From the NCBI GenBank assembly GCA_045634445.1, contig JAZRAG010000058.1, positions 2,499 to 66,498 on the forward strand: a stretch of 64,000 nucleotides of DNA, written 5' to 3'. Under the pieces are notes generated by a model. The model made no database searches and was not told where the DNA came from. It saw nothing but the letters and a program-made list of their open reading frames with translations. Made by a program: the position numbers and the translations under genes. Below, piece by piece: positions 1 through 8,332 of this stretch. This stretch comes from Candidatus Spyradenecus sp. (lineage in GTDB: Bacteria > Verrucomicrobiota > Kiritimatiellia > RFP12 > DVOR01). Each line of letters opens with the position of its first letter. Position 1 is the first letter of the stretch.

Positions 1-618
1 GATCGGGTAGGCGATGAAGTCCGAATAACGGCGCACCAAGTCCTTAATCGTCCAACCGCTCGTAAACTGTTCCTGATCAGGACGCAAGTGGAGCGTAATC
101 GCCGTGCCCGGCACCGTACGCGAACCTTCATCCATCGTGTACTCGCCATCACCAGCGCTCATCCACTTCACGGGTACCTGACCCTCACCACGGCGAAGCG
201 ATTCCACCGTGACGCCATCTGCCACCATAAAGGCTGCGTAGAAGCCAACGCCAAACTTGCCAATCAATTCAGGGATATTGGCTTCCTGATCCTGCTTGAG
301 TGCCTCGGCGAAAGCCTTTGAACCACTCTTTGCAATCGTACCGAGCGCATCTTCCATTTCGCTCGCGCTCATACCAATGCCGTTATCTTCAATCGTCAAC
401 GTATGCGTGGCAGCATCTGCCGTCAAACGAATTGCCCATTCTGGCGCCTCTGGTGCAATCGTCTTATCTGTCAATGCAGTATACTTAGCCTTATCAATTG
501 CATCGCTCGCATTCGAAATCAACTCGCGCAGGAAGATCTCCTTCTTCGAGTACAACGAATGAATCACCAAATCAAGCATCTGGCGGATTTCCGCCTTAAA
601 AGCACATGTTTTAGCCAT
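1..618 (-). CDS. htpG: Molecular chaperone HtpG (Hsp90), N-terminal ~205 codons; gene continues beyond window start
   Basis: Reverse-strand translation from ATG at 616-618 gives MAKTCAFKAEIRQMLDLVIHSLYSKKEIFLRELISNASDAIDK...GIGM...GKFGVGFYAAFMVAD, the Hsp90 ATPase N-domain signatures. AAGGAGG RBS at ~631-637 (reverse). Not in ORF track because it is truncated by the window edge. Confidence 0.85.
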   Translation of the reverse strand, partial: MAKTCAFKAEIRQMLDLVIHSLYSKKEIFLRELISNASDAIDKAKYTALTDKTIAPEAPEWAIRLTADAATHTLTIEDNGIGMSASEMEDALGTIAKSGSKAFAEALKQDQEANIPELIGKFGVGFYAAFMVADGVTVESLRRGEGQVPVKWMSAGDGEYTMDEGSRTVPGTAITLHLRPDQEQFTSGWTIKDLVRRYSDFIAYPI

Positions 619-828
619 GATATTAACCTAACCTCCTTATTGAGGGCATATGATACCACAATCTTCACACGCGTGCAAGCGCGCCGCGCGTTACGTCACA
701 TGGAATATGTGCCTGATGCGAGTGGATGATTAACCCGATGTGAGCCTTAATTACAACGTTGATAATGTATGTGACCCTATCATTTGCTTGATGTTGGCAT
801 ATGGTTGCCTCTACGGAAGGAGGGGCCA

Positions 829-1165
829 TGTCGTATTTTTGCAAAACCCGACATGGGGTTGACGAAGGATAAACATCTGTAAAAGCCTGTTATTTCAACC
901 TTTTGTCAACCCAAGCCCCCTTTTCTAAGGCTGTTCAAAAATACGATCTCTTTCTATCATACTTACTATATTGAATTAGAAAATAATAATAGTATCGTAG
1001 CCAGAACACGCCACCCCACCGCACAGACATCATCACGGCGCAACCTTTTGACGACGATAGATGAAGGTCGTATTTTTGAACATCACGTCAATACCCATTA
1101 AAGCACGTCTATGACGTTGTTTTAGCGGATTTTGTGTTTTTGAAAATGTGCGAAAATACGACATT
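829..1165. repeat. Two tandem ~100-120 bp elements, each bounded by inverted termini TCGTATTTTTG ... CAAAAATACGA, in the htpG / transglutaminase-like divergent intergenic region
   Basis: gtcgtatttttgcaaaa at ~829-845 pairs with ttcaaaaatacgatc at ~934-948. ggtcgtatttttgaaca at ~1063-1079 pairs with gcgaaaatacgacatt at ~1149-1164. The first element also has an internal stem GGTTGACGAAGG...CCTTTTGTCAACC. Confidence 0.5.
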
Positions 1166-1258
1166 CTGAAGCGTGTTTGCCGTTTATTGGCGGCTTGCGG
1201 CCGAGAGGCGTTAATGAGCAAAAAGGAACAAGGGGGTGGCGGAGGAGGCGTTGTGCTA

Positions 1259-1267
1259 TGGTATAAT
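1259..1267 (+). promoter_or_regulatory. Extended -10 promoter element TGgTATAAT ending 7 nt before ATG 1274 (candidate leaderless transcript)
   Basis: ctaTGgTATAATagtgcgATG. No Shine-Dalgarno between -10 and ATG. Confidence 0.45.
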
Positions 1268-1273
1268 AGTGCG

Positions 1274-2218
1274 ATGAAGATGAAACTGGCTTTTGGTCTA
1301 TTAGTATCGGTGTTTGCGCTTGGCATGGTGGGCCTATGGGGGTGTCGCTCGGCTGATTTGGCGCAGGCGCATGCGGCGTCGTTGCAGGCGGCGTATGGGC
1401 AGGGGAACCGTTGGGAAGCGGTTTCGGAGGCGGATTTGCGCGAGTATGTGTTGCCACTGACTTCATTAGGCGAGGATGAGGTGGATTGGTTGCCAATTCT
1501 CCAACCCCTTGCGCAGGAATTGACTGCAGAGGCAACCTCTCCGCTTGAGGCGGCGATACTCATAAACCGTCACATGTGGAAGCGCATCAATGTCATTTAC
1601 TCCACCCAACGAGATAAGCCGAATCAAGATCCCTTGCATTCAATGCGGATTGGGTTGGCTTCGTGTTCGGGGCTCTCTATCCTCCTTGTGGATGCCTGTC
1701 GCAGTGTGGGGATTCCCGCGCGTGTAGTGGGCTGCATGTGGCGCTTAAAGCCTGGTAATCACAGTTGGGTCGAAGTGAAGAGCGGCGGCAAGTGGTATCC
1801 GTTAGGTGCCTTTGAGGATTGTCCGCCCGACCAATTATGGTTTCTCGGTGATGCGGCGGCGGCCGATGCGACAGACCCGCGCTTTACCATCTACGCTGCA
1901 CGTAAGACCCCGCTTAATGGTACCTATTTCTTTGGGTGGGGCGTCCCTGCAGAGAATGTGACCCATCTCTATGTGAAGGCGCCGACTGTAGCAACAGGGT
2001 GTAAGGTCTACTTCGCTGTCGAACGCAAGGGTGCGCGCGTAGCAGTGCCGTTTGTGGTGAATGGAAAAACGTATCAGTCGCCGGGGCCGCTACAAGATAT
2101 GAATGACTACGCAGAGGTGATTTTGCCAGCAGCTGGACCCTTCACCGTGGAACTGGAGGGCAAGACCTATCATTATGAGGCCAAGGCGCATCAAATCATT
2201 GTGGAACAATTGCCATGA
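1274..2218 (+). CDS. Transglutaminase-like (cysteine protease fold) lipoprotein
   Basis: MKMKLAFGLLVSVFALGMVGLWGC lipoprotein-type signal. LASCSGLSILLVDACRSVGIPARVVGC...GNHSWVEV matches the transglutaminase-like Cys-His-Asp core. The ORF track starts at 1148; the downstream ATG at 1274 is preferred because of the signal peptide and the promoter immediately upstream. Confidence 0.6.
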   Translation: MKMKLAFGLLVSVFALGMVGLWGCRSADLAQAHAASLQAAYGQGNRWEAVSEADLREYVLPLTSLGEDEVDWLPILQPLAQELTAEATSPLEAAILINRHMWKRINVIYSTQRDKPNQDPLHSMRIGLASCSGLSILLVDACRSVGIPARVVGCMWRLKPGNHSWVEVKSGGKWYPLGAFEDCPPDQLWFLGDAAAADATDPRFTIYAARKTPLNGTYFFGWGVPAENVTHLYVKAPTVATGCKVYFAVERKGARVAVPFVVNGKTYQSPGPLQDMNDYAEVILPAAGPFTVELEGKTYHYEAKAHQIIVEQLP

Positions 2219-3588
2219 GCGATGCAAAAGACGCTAAAGCGAAGTTTGAGTTCACCCCGTGGCGGGCGACGCAGTTCTTCATTCCGCTCTGCATTCAGGC
2301 GATGAGCCAATCGCTAACCTATCCCTTGGTGGGGATCGTGGTGGCCAATGGCGCAGGCGGTGCGAAGGAGTACTCCGCCTTTGCCCAAGGGCTCATGATT
2401 ATGTTCTTCCTTGGTACCCTCGGTTATGGACTCGTGACCACAGGGATGGTCTACGCAAAGGATCGTGTGGGCTACCTACGCTTTAAGCTCGTCAACCTCA
2501 TTATCATGCTCATCATGGCGGGTGGGCAGATCTTCCTCGCCCTGCCAGGGGTGGCGCCCTTTGTCTTCGGTACCTGCCTTGGGCTTGAGGGGGCGCAACT
2601 CGAGGTGGCGCGTTGGTCAATGCTCTGCTCGGTTCCTGCGCAGATGGGCTTCATGATGCGAAACGTGCCGCAGGTGGTGCTCTATAACGAACACGAGACG
2701 GCGTCGGCCAACTTCGCCACGATTCTCCGTATTCTCATTACTGCCGGCGCCGCGCCGCTTTTCTATTGGTTGGGGCTTGTCGGCTGGCAGTGGGGGTGCG
2801 TCTGCCTGAGCTTCCCCGTGCTCTTTGAAGCTGCCATGATGAAGATCCTCGCGCGGAAGTATGTCCAACGTTTACCGCGTTGCCTCTCACCGCAGACGCG
2901 CATCTCTACGGCTGGCATCTTCCTTTTTAACATCCCACTCTCCCTTGGTGGGATGTTGCTGATGTTCGCCATCTTCATGCTTAATGCGATTATCAACCGC
3001 GCGGATCAAGGCGTGGAGATGTTGGCAATTCACTTGGTGGCGATTGGGTTAGTCAACCCGCTCTCTTATGGCGCGCTGCGCAACCAAGCGGTGGCGATTG
3101 GCTTCCCCCAACGCGATGTGCGCGATCAGCGTACCTTCTGTTTTGCCGCCGTGAGTGGGCTTTGCCTCGCAGCCGTTCTTCTTGTGATGCAGATTCCCGC
3201 GCTTGCGAAGGGTTACTTCTGTGGCGTGCAACACCTCTCTGACTGGCAAGCGCCTTTGGCTCAACGCGCCCTTTTGGTGGCGATGATTTTCCCCGTGGTG
3301 CAGGCTTTGCGTGGACATGCAGAGGGATTGGCCGCAGCGCGTAAGCGCCCCAACGCCGTATTGGCGGGTCAGGCGGTCTTCTTCGGGGTCTTAGTTGCCG
3401 TCCTGGTGATTCTCTTTGGCCTCAAGGTGCCAGGCTATCTGATGGGCATCATCTCCCTCTGTTCGGCCTCAACAGCAGCCTTTGTTACGATTCGTATTGG
3501 GTTGGCCCTCGCGCGATTGGAAGAAGATTACCCGCTTCCGGTAGCTGAGCGCGTGGCCAGTGGACGTTCGAATGAGCGTCGCGTATAA
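2215..3588 (+). CDS. Polytopic membrane protein, MOP (MATE/Wzx/MurJ-like) flippase/exporter superfamily
   Basis: 457 aa with ~12 predicted hydrophobic helices. ATGA overlap with upstream gene. Family assignment from overall architecture only. Confidence 0.4.
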   Translation: MSDAKDAKAKFEFTPWRATQFFIPLCIQAMSQSLTYPLVGIVVANGAGGAKEYSAFAQGLMIMFFLGTLGYGLVTTGMVYAKDRVGYLRFKLVNLIIMLIMAGGQIFLALPGVAPFVFGTCLGLEGAQLEVARWSMLCSVPAQMGFMMRNVPQVVLYNEHETASANFATILRILITAGAAPLFYWLGLVGWQWGCVCLSFPVLFEAAMMKILARKYVQRLPRCLSPQTRISTAGIFLFNIPLSLGGMLLMFAIFMLNAIINRADQGVEMLAIHLVAIGLVNPLSYGALRNQAVAIGFPQRDVRDQRTFCFAAVSGLCLAAVLLVMQIPALAKGYFCGVQHLSDWQAPLAQRALLVAMIFPVVQALRGHAEGLAAARKRPNAVLAGQAVFFGVLVAVLVILFGLKVPGYLMGIISLCSASTAAFVTIRIGLALARLEEDYPLPVAERVASGRSNERRV

Positions 3589-3609
3589 GATTGATTGGAG
3601 CAACATAGC

Positions 3610-4851
3610 ATGACCTTACCTGAACTTCTCGCCCCAGCAGGGGACCAAGCCAGCTTCCATGCAGCATTAGCCAATGGCGCAGATGCTGTCTATATCGGCA
3701 TTGGGCGCTTCAATATGCGTCGTAGCCAAGACGGGTGCCTGCACTTCAACCAGATCCCTAATATGGTGAAAGAGGCCCACGCTGTAGGCTCTAAGCTCTA
3801 TGTGACGCTCAATACCATTGTCTATCAAGACGAATTGCCCGAGCTCGATCGCACCATTGCCCTCCTCAAAGAGGCCGCAGTGGATGCTGTGATTGCCTGT
3901 GACTGGGCGGTGATTCGCCGCGCAAAGGCCGCAGGAATCCCCGTGCATGTCTCTACCCAGATGTCGGCCTCCAATGCCGAAGTCGTGCGTTTCCTCGCGG
4001 AGCAGGGTGCCGAACGTGTCGTCTTGGCGCGTGAGTGTTCTTTAGAAGACATCGCAGTGATTGCCAAAGAGGGCGGCGTGCCGATTGAAGTCTTCGGCCA
4101 CGGCGCGCAGTGCGTAGCCACCAGTGGGCGTTGCTTCCTCTCGCAGATGGCGTATGGGTGTAGCTCCTCGCGTGGACAGTGTTTGCAACCCTGCCGTCGC
4201 CGTTACCACATCAAAGAGGTCTCCGATGGCGTTGAGGCAGGGGCGAATGCCGAATTTGAGATTGGGCCCAGCTTCATCCTCTCGGCCAAGGACTTATGTA
4301 CGTTGGGCATGTTGCCTGAATTGATTGCTGCGGGTGTAGCCTCGCTCAAGATTGAAGGCCGCGCGCGTAATCCTGAATACGTGGCCAATGTTGTGCGCGC
4401 CTATCGTAAGGCGTTGGATGCAATTGCTGCAGGCACCTATGATGAAGCTTGCCGCGCTGAGTGTCTGCAGCTCGTCAATGCCGTCTATCACCGTCCCTTC
4501 GCAGAAGGACTTCTGCGCGGGCGTCCAGGGCAGGAACAGTTCACCGATACGGATGCTAACTTCGCAACTGAGAAGAAGCTCTATCTCGGCGTGGTGCGCA
4601 ATTACTATGCCCGTCACAACGTGGCAGAAGTCTTGGTGCATGAAGGGGTGCTTAAACCCGATACGCGGTTGGCCATTCATGGGCCGAAGACAGGCGTTGT
4701 GGACTTCGTTGTGGGGACCTTACGTCAAGATGAGCAGATGCCGCAAGAGGTGCGTCGCGGTGAATGGGTGACCTTCGTGGTGCCTGAACGCGTGCGCCCT
4801 GGCGATAAGGTCTACTTCGTTGTCCCAGCGCAACCCACTCCCGTGCGCTAA
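3610..4851 (+). CDS. Peptidase U32 family protein (collagenase-like/YegQ-type)
   Basis: MTLPELLAPAGDQASFHAALANGADAVYIGIGRFN is the U32 N-terminal signature. GGAG RBS ~10 nt upstream of ATG 3610. Confidence 0.75.
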   Translation: MTLPELLAPAGDQASFHAALANGADAVYIGIGRFNMRRSQDGCLHFNQIPNMVKEAHAVGSKLYVTLNTIVYQDELPELDRTIALLKEAAVDAVIACDWAVIRRAKAAGIPVHVSTQMSASNAEVVRFLAEQGAERVVLARECSLEDIAVIAKEGGVPIEVFGHGAQCVATSGRCFLSQMAYGCSSSRGQCLQPCRRRYHIKEVSDGVEAGANAEFEIGPSFILSAKDLCTLGMLPELIAAGVASLKIEGRARNPEYVANVVRAYRKALDAIAAGTYDEACRAECLQLVNAVYHRPFAEGLLRGRPGQEQFTDTDANFATEKKLYLGVVRNYYARHNVAEVLVHEGVLKPDTRLAIHGPKTGVVDFVVGTLRQDEQMPQEVRRGEWVTFVVPERVRPGDKVYFVVPAQPTPVR

Positions 4852-4870
4852 GCCGCACGATTGTTAACCG

Positions 4871-6115
4871 TTATGGAATGATGAGCAGGTCGCCCTCAAG
4901 TTGCGTGGGGGTGACCCAAACACGTTTGCCGCGTGGGAAAGCGGCGGGAAGGCGACAGTGAAAGCGTTCGGCAGACCAACCCAGACGGACGTCACCGCGG
5001 CGTTGTTCAGGGATGACCTCTAAGGGCTTGCCCACCGCCAAACGCAGTTGGGCTGTGGCTTGTAAGGCGGCGGTTTCACGTAAGGACTTGGCGCGCAGTT
5101 GGATTTCGGCGGGCGGAACATGGTTGGGGAAGGTAGCCGCAGGCGTGCCTTCACGGATGGAATAGGGGAAGACGTGTGCCCCTGTGAAGGGGTAAGCCGC
5201 AATAAAGGCGCGTGTCTCTTCAGCGTGGGCTGCGGTTTCGCCAGGGTGGCCCGCAATCCAGTCTGCACTCAAGCCACATCCCGGTAAGGTGGTACAGACT
5301 GTCTCAAGAAGACGATGGAGGTCCGCCTGGGTATAACGTCGGCGCATCAAAGAGAGGACCGCGTCACTTGCTGACTGCATGGGGAAGTGTAAGAAGGGGC
5401 AGATGCGGCCTTTAGACCGCGCAATGAGTTGGATCAGTGCCGTATCATCCAAGATGCAAGGCTCAAGTGAACCAATGCGGAAACGCCCTTCGCCTGGCAC
5501 TTCCACGAGCCGTCGGAGGAGTTCGATGAAGTCATAGCCGTGTAGGGGGTCGCGGTAGAGCGCCAAGTGGCAACCCGTCAGCACAATCTCCTCATACCCC
5601 TGCGCAAAGAGTGCCTGCGCACGCGCCAAAATGCGGTCGGAAGGTTCTGAAACTGGTGCACCGCGGAGGTGCGGCACAATGCAGTAGGCGCAGAATTGGT
5701 CGCACCCATCCTGGATGATAAGCGAGGCGCGCGTACGATGGCGTGGAGGCGAAAGGTGGGGTGTTGTCGTGGGAAGTGCTTGGGCTTGGAGGAAGGCAAG
5801 CGTCTGGGTGAGCCACTCGCCCTTCTGCGCGTGCGGAATTCGCAAGTCAATCGCAACCTCTTTCACCAACTCTGCGGCGCAACCGCTAAGGATGATCTTC
5901 AGCTTGGGGCGTTGTTGGCGAACCGCGCGCAAGAGGCGCGTGACTTCCTTTACCGCGGGTTCGGTTACGGCACACGAATGAACGCAGAAGACGTCAGCCT
6001 CTGAACGATCGGTAATGGCATAACCACGCGCGGCGAGTTCGCTTTGCCACCCCTCACTCTCGGCTTGATTGAGGCGGCAACCAAAGGTTTGAAAGGCAAG
6101 CGAAGGACGCGTCAC
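4871..6115 (-). CDS. Radical-SAM methylthiotransferase, MiaB/RimO/MtaB family (with C-terminal TRAM)
   Basis: FQTFGCRLNQAESEGW N-terminal MTTase motif. CDQFCAYCIVP radical-SAM CxxxCxxC. TRAM-like C-terminus. GTG start 3 nt after the murG stop (translational coupling). Confidence 0.75.
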   Translation of the reverse strand: MTRPSLAFQTFGCRLNQAESEGWQSELAARGYAITDRSEADVFCVHSCAVTEPAVKEVTRLLRAVRQQRPKLKIILSGCAAELVKEVAIDLRIPHAQKGEWLTQTLAFLQAQALPTTTPHLSPPRHRTRASLIIQDGCDQFCAYCIVPHLRGAPVSEPSDRILARAQALFAQGYEEIVLTGCHLALYRDPLHGYDFIELLRRLVEVPGEGRFRIGSLEPCILDDTALIQLIARSKGRICPFLHFPMQSASDAVLSLMRRRYTQADLHRLLETVCTTLPGCGLSADWIAGHPGETAAHAEETRAFIAAYPFTGAHVFPYSIREGTPAATFPNHVPPAEIQLRAKSLRETAALQATAQLRLAVGKPLEVIPEQRRGDVRLGWSAERFHCRLPAAFPRGKRVWVTPTQLEGDLLIIP

Positions 6116-6118
6116 GGG

Positions 6119-7234
6119 TTACTTACGGGAGGTTTGTGCCACAGTTAAGAGCAAGTCTGTCACTGCGCGCGTAGCATCCTGCTGCGGCAGTTTTGCAAAG
6201 GCATCACGCATCTGTTGGCGCAGGGCAGCATCGGCATACAGCGAATGCAGGGTGTCGGCAAACTGCTCGGGCGTAGTTGTCAATTGATTCAGGCAGAGCG
6301 CACCACCGCAACGTACGATGGACTCGGCGTTCTTGCGTTGGTGATCGTCGGCAGCTGTTGGGAGCGGAATGAAGAGCGTGGGGACGCCGCACCGTGCAAT
6401 CTCAAAACACGTTGCCGCACCTGCTCGAGCGATAATGAGGTCAGCAGCACCATATGCGGCACCCATATCATCAATGAAAGGCACGAGCTGGATTTGGGCT
6501 TCAAGGCCTGCGTAGATGGGACGCAATTCATCTAAGCTACTTGCGCCGCATTGATGGACAATGCGCACCTCTGGGCAGTCCTTTGCAAGTGCAGCTAAAG
6601 CAGGCGCAATGAGGAGGTTCATTCCACGTGCACCTTGGCTACCACCTGTTACAAGGAGGTTGAAGGTGTCATGTGTCTTCGTCATGGCGCGCGCCTTCTC
6701 AAGCGTGTCCAAGACATTCTGACGTAAAGGAAGGCCTGTGAAGACCGTCTTGACGCCAGGGAGTTGGGCATTCGCTTCCTCAAAGGAGGTTGCCACCGCT
6801 GCAACGTGTGACCATGTAGAGAAGCGGCGCACTGCAGCCCCAACAAGGCTATTGGCTTCGTGGAAAACGACGGGAATCTTGAGCAAGCGTGCGGCAATCA
6901 CGGCAGGGGTGCACGTGTAGCCACCAGTGGTAAAGAGCACCGCGGGACGCTGTTGCTTCAAGAAACGGAGACACTTGAGCGGGGCAAGTGCGTTGGAGAG
7001 GAAGATACGCGGGTGTACCATGCGGCGAATCGGGTACATCCCTGACTTCATTAATGGGCCCTTCCACGCGGCAACCGTCTTAGCCTCGGCATCGCGTGTG
7101 CCCGAAAGGATGAGCGCAACTGTGTGACCTTCAGCAAGGAGTTGGTCCGCGACTGCCATTGCAGGGTGAATGTGTCCACCCGTGCCTCCGCAAGCAATCG
7201 CAATCGAGTGGTGTGGCGTAGCAGTATTAGTCAT
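6119..7234 (-). CDS. murG: UDP-N-acetylglucosamine--N-acetylmuramyl-(pentapeptide) pyrophosphoryl-undecaprenol N-acetylglucosamine transferase
   Basis: IACGGTGGHIHPAMAVA, LVTGGSQGA and FIDDMGAAYGAADLIIARAGA align with MurG G-loop motifs. Not embedded in a dcw cluster here. Confidence 0.85.
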   Translation of the reverse strand: MTNTATPHHSIAIACGGTGGHIHPAMAVADQLLAEGHTVALILSGTRDAEAKTVAAWKGPLMKSGMYPIRRMVHPRIFLSNALAPLKCLRFLKQQRPAVLFTTGGYTCTPAVIAARLLKIPVVFHEANSLVGAAVRRFSTWSHVAAVATSFEEANAQLPGVKTVFTGLPLRQNVLDTLEKARAMTKTHDTFNLLVTGGSQGARGMNLLIAPALAALAKDCPEVRIVHQCGASSLDELRPIYAGLEAQIQLVPFIDDMGAAYGAADLIIARAGAATCFEIARCGVPTLFIPLPTAADDHQRKNAESIVRCGGALCLNQLTTTPEQFADTLHSLYADAALRQQMRDAFAKLPQQDATRAVTDLLLTVAQTSRK

Positions 7235-7339
7235 AGGATGAGGAGTCTTCTAAAGGAGAGTGTTAATGAATGTAGGATAGGGGATATGAACTTCAAGAGG
7301 GGCCTTCGCACACATTGAGGCGCGAAGGCGGTTAGGAGG

Positions 7340-8110
7340 TTACGGTGCCATGAAGTCTGTAACCACAGCTTCGCCCCAAAGGCGATGACCTTCCTTATTC
7401 GGATGTAAGAGGTCTGGCATCAAATCACGGCGAAGGGTATGACCATCCTCCTCAGCAAAGTAGAGCGTAGAGATGTCCTTGCAAACAACGCGTTCGCCAT
7501 CGGCAAGTGTGGGAATCATTTGGTTGATGCGGTCGTTTGCACGGCGCTTTGCATCGTTGCCATTAACACCACGCGGGAAGATATAGAGGAGGGTAATCTT
7601 CGCTTGGGGGCACTCTTGCTTCAACGTGTCAACAATGGCGCGAATCCCTTCAAAGGTCATTTCAGGCGCAGGATCAAGCCCCTTGTTGAGATTCCAACCT
7701 GTGTTGTTTGTGCCGATCATCACCATGATACGCTTAGGGGCTACCGTCTGCCAATTGATGCGACGGATGCGCCAGAGGACATCCTGCGTGCGGTCGCCGC
7801 TAAAACCTAAGTTAAGGGCGTTGCCAAAGTAGGTCTGCTGCAAATCGGGAGCCAAGACATCCCAATTGTGCGTGATCGAGTCGCCCAAAAGCACGGTATC
7901 GTGTTGGGTCTGCGCTTGGGCTTCCTTCTCGGCTAAGCGTAGGCGCCACCATTCAAGATGCAAACGATGGGCTGGAATCACCGCAGGATTGGCGACCTTC
8001 TGAGGCGCAGGCGTAGAAGGTGTCTCAGGTGTGGTGGCAGGGGGTGTGGCGCAACCGCAAAGCGCGAAGAGTGTAAGGGCGAGTAAGAGCGTGTTAAAGG
8101 CGTGCTTCAT
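7340..8110 (-). CDS. SGNH/GDSL-family hydrolase lipoprotein (acetylesterase-like)
   Basis: MKHAFNTLLLALTLFALCGC lipobox. VLLGDSITHNW (GDS block), GFSGDRT, MIGTNN blocks of SGNH hydrolases. Start moved to ATG 8110 (signal peptide) from the longer track ORF. Confidence 0.6.
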   Translation of the reverse strand: MKHAFNTLLLALTLFALCGCATPPATTPETPSTPAPQKVANPAVIPAHRLHLEWWRLRLAEKEAQAQTQHDTVLLGDSITHNWDVLAPDLQQTYFGNALNLGFSGDRTQDVLWRIRRINWQTVAPKRIMVMIGTNNTGWNLNKGLDPAPEMTFEGIRAIVDTLKQECPQAKITLLYIFPRGVNGNDAKRRANDRINQMIPTLADGERVVCKDISTLYFAEEDGHTLRRDLMPDLLHPNKEGHRLWGEAVVTDFMAP

Positions 8111-8249
8111 AATGATTCCTTTCAGCAGTAAGTATAGTAGCATGTTTGAGGGAAGAGTGCCCTTGTTTGATGAACAAAAAGGCAAAATCATCCCGCAGGA
8201 TACAGGTGAATGAGGAGGGGTGCCGCAAACAAAAAGCAACAGAATACGC

Positions 8250-8263
8250 TAAATTGCGATTTA
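8250..8263. promoter_or_regulatory. Near-palindrome TAAATTGCGATTTA upstream of the argG promoter (candidate operator)
   Basis: Inverted arms TAAAT/ATTTA around a 4-nt core, ~25 bp upstream of the -10 element. Confidence 0.25.
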
Positions 8264-8268
8264 GGGGG

Positions 8269-8295
8269 TTCACATTCCTCGTTTTGTGGTATACT
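8269..8295 (+). promoter_or_regulatory. Sigma-70 type promoter for argG (TTCACA ... TGgTATACT extended -10)
   Basis: ttcacattcctcgttttgTGgTATACT, ~38 nt upstream of ATG 8333, with AAGGAG SD at 8321-8326. Confidence 0.5.
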
Positions 8296-8332
8296 TTTGC
8301 GCGTTTAATTTCACAATTAAGGAGTAGATACC

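Noticed and set aside
88-729. Several 60-110-aa plus-strand ORFs at the window start
   Set aside because: They lie inside and antisense to the htpG N-terminal coding region.
1148-1273. Upstream start (ATG 1148) for the transglutaminase-like gene
   Set aside because: It would add a 42-aa non-signal N-terminus containing a Gly6 run ahead of a clear lipoprotein signal, and would place the extended -10 box inside the CDS. Retained only as a lower-probability alternative.
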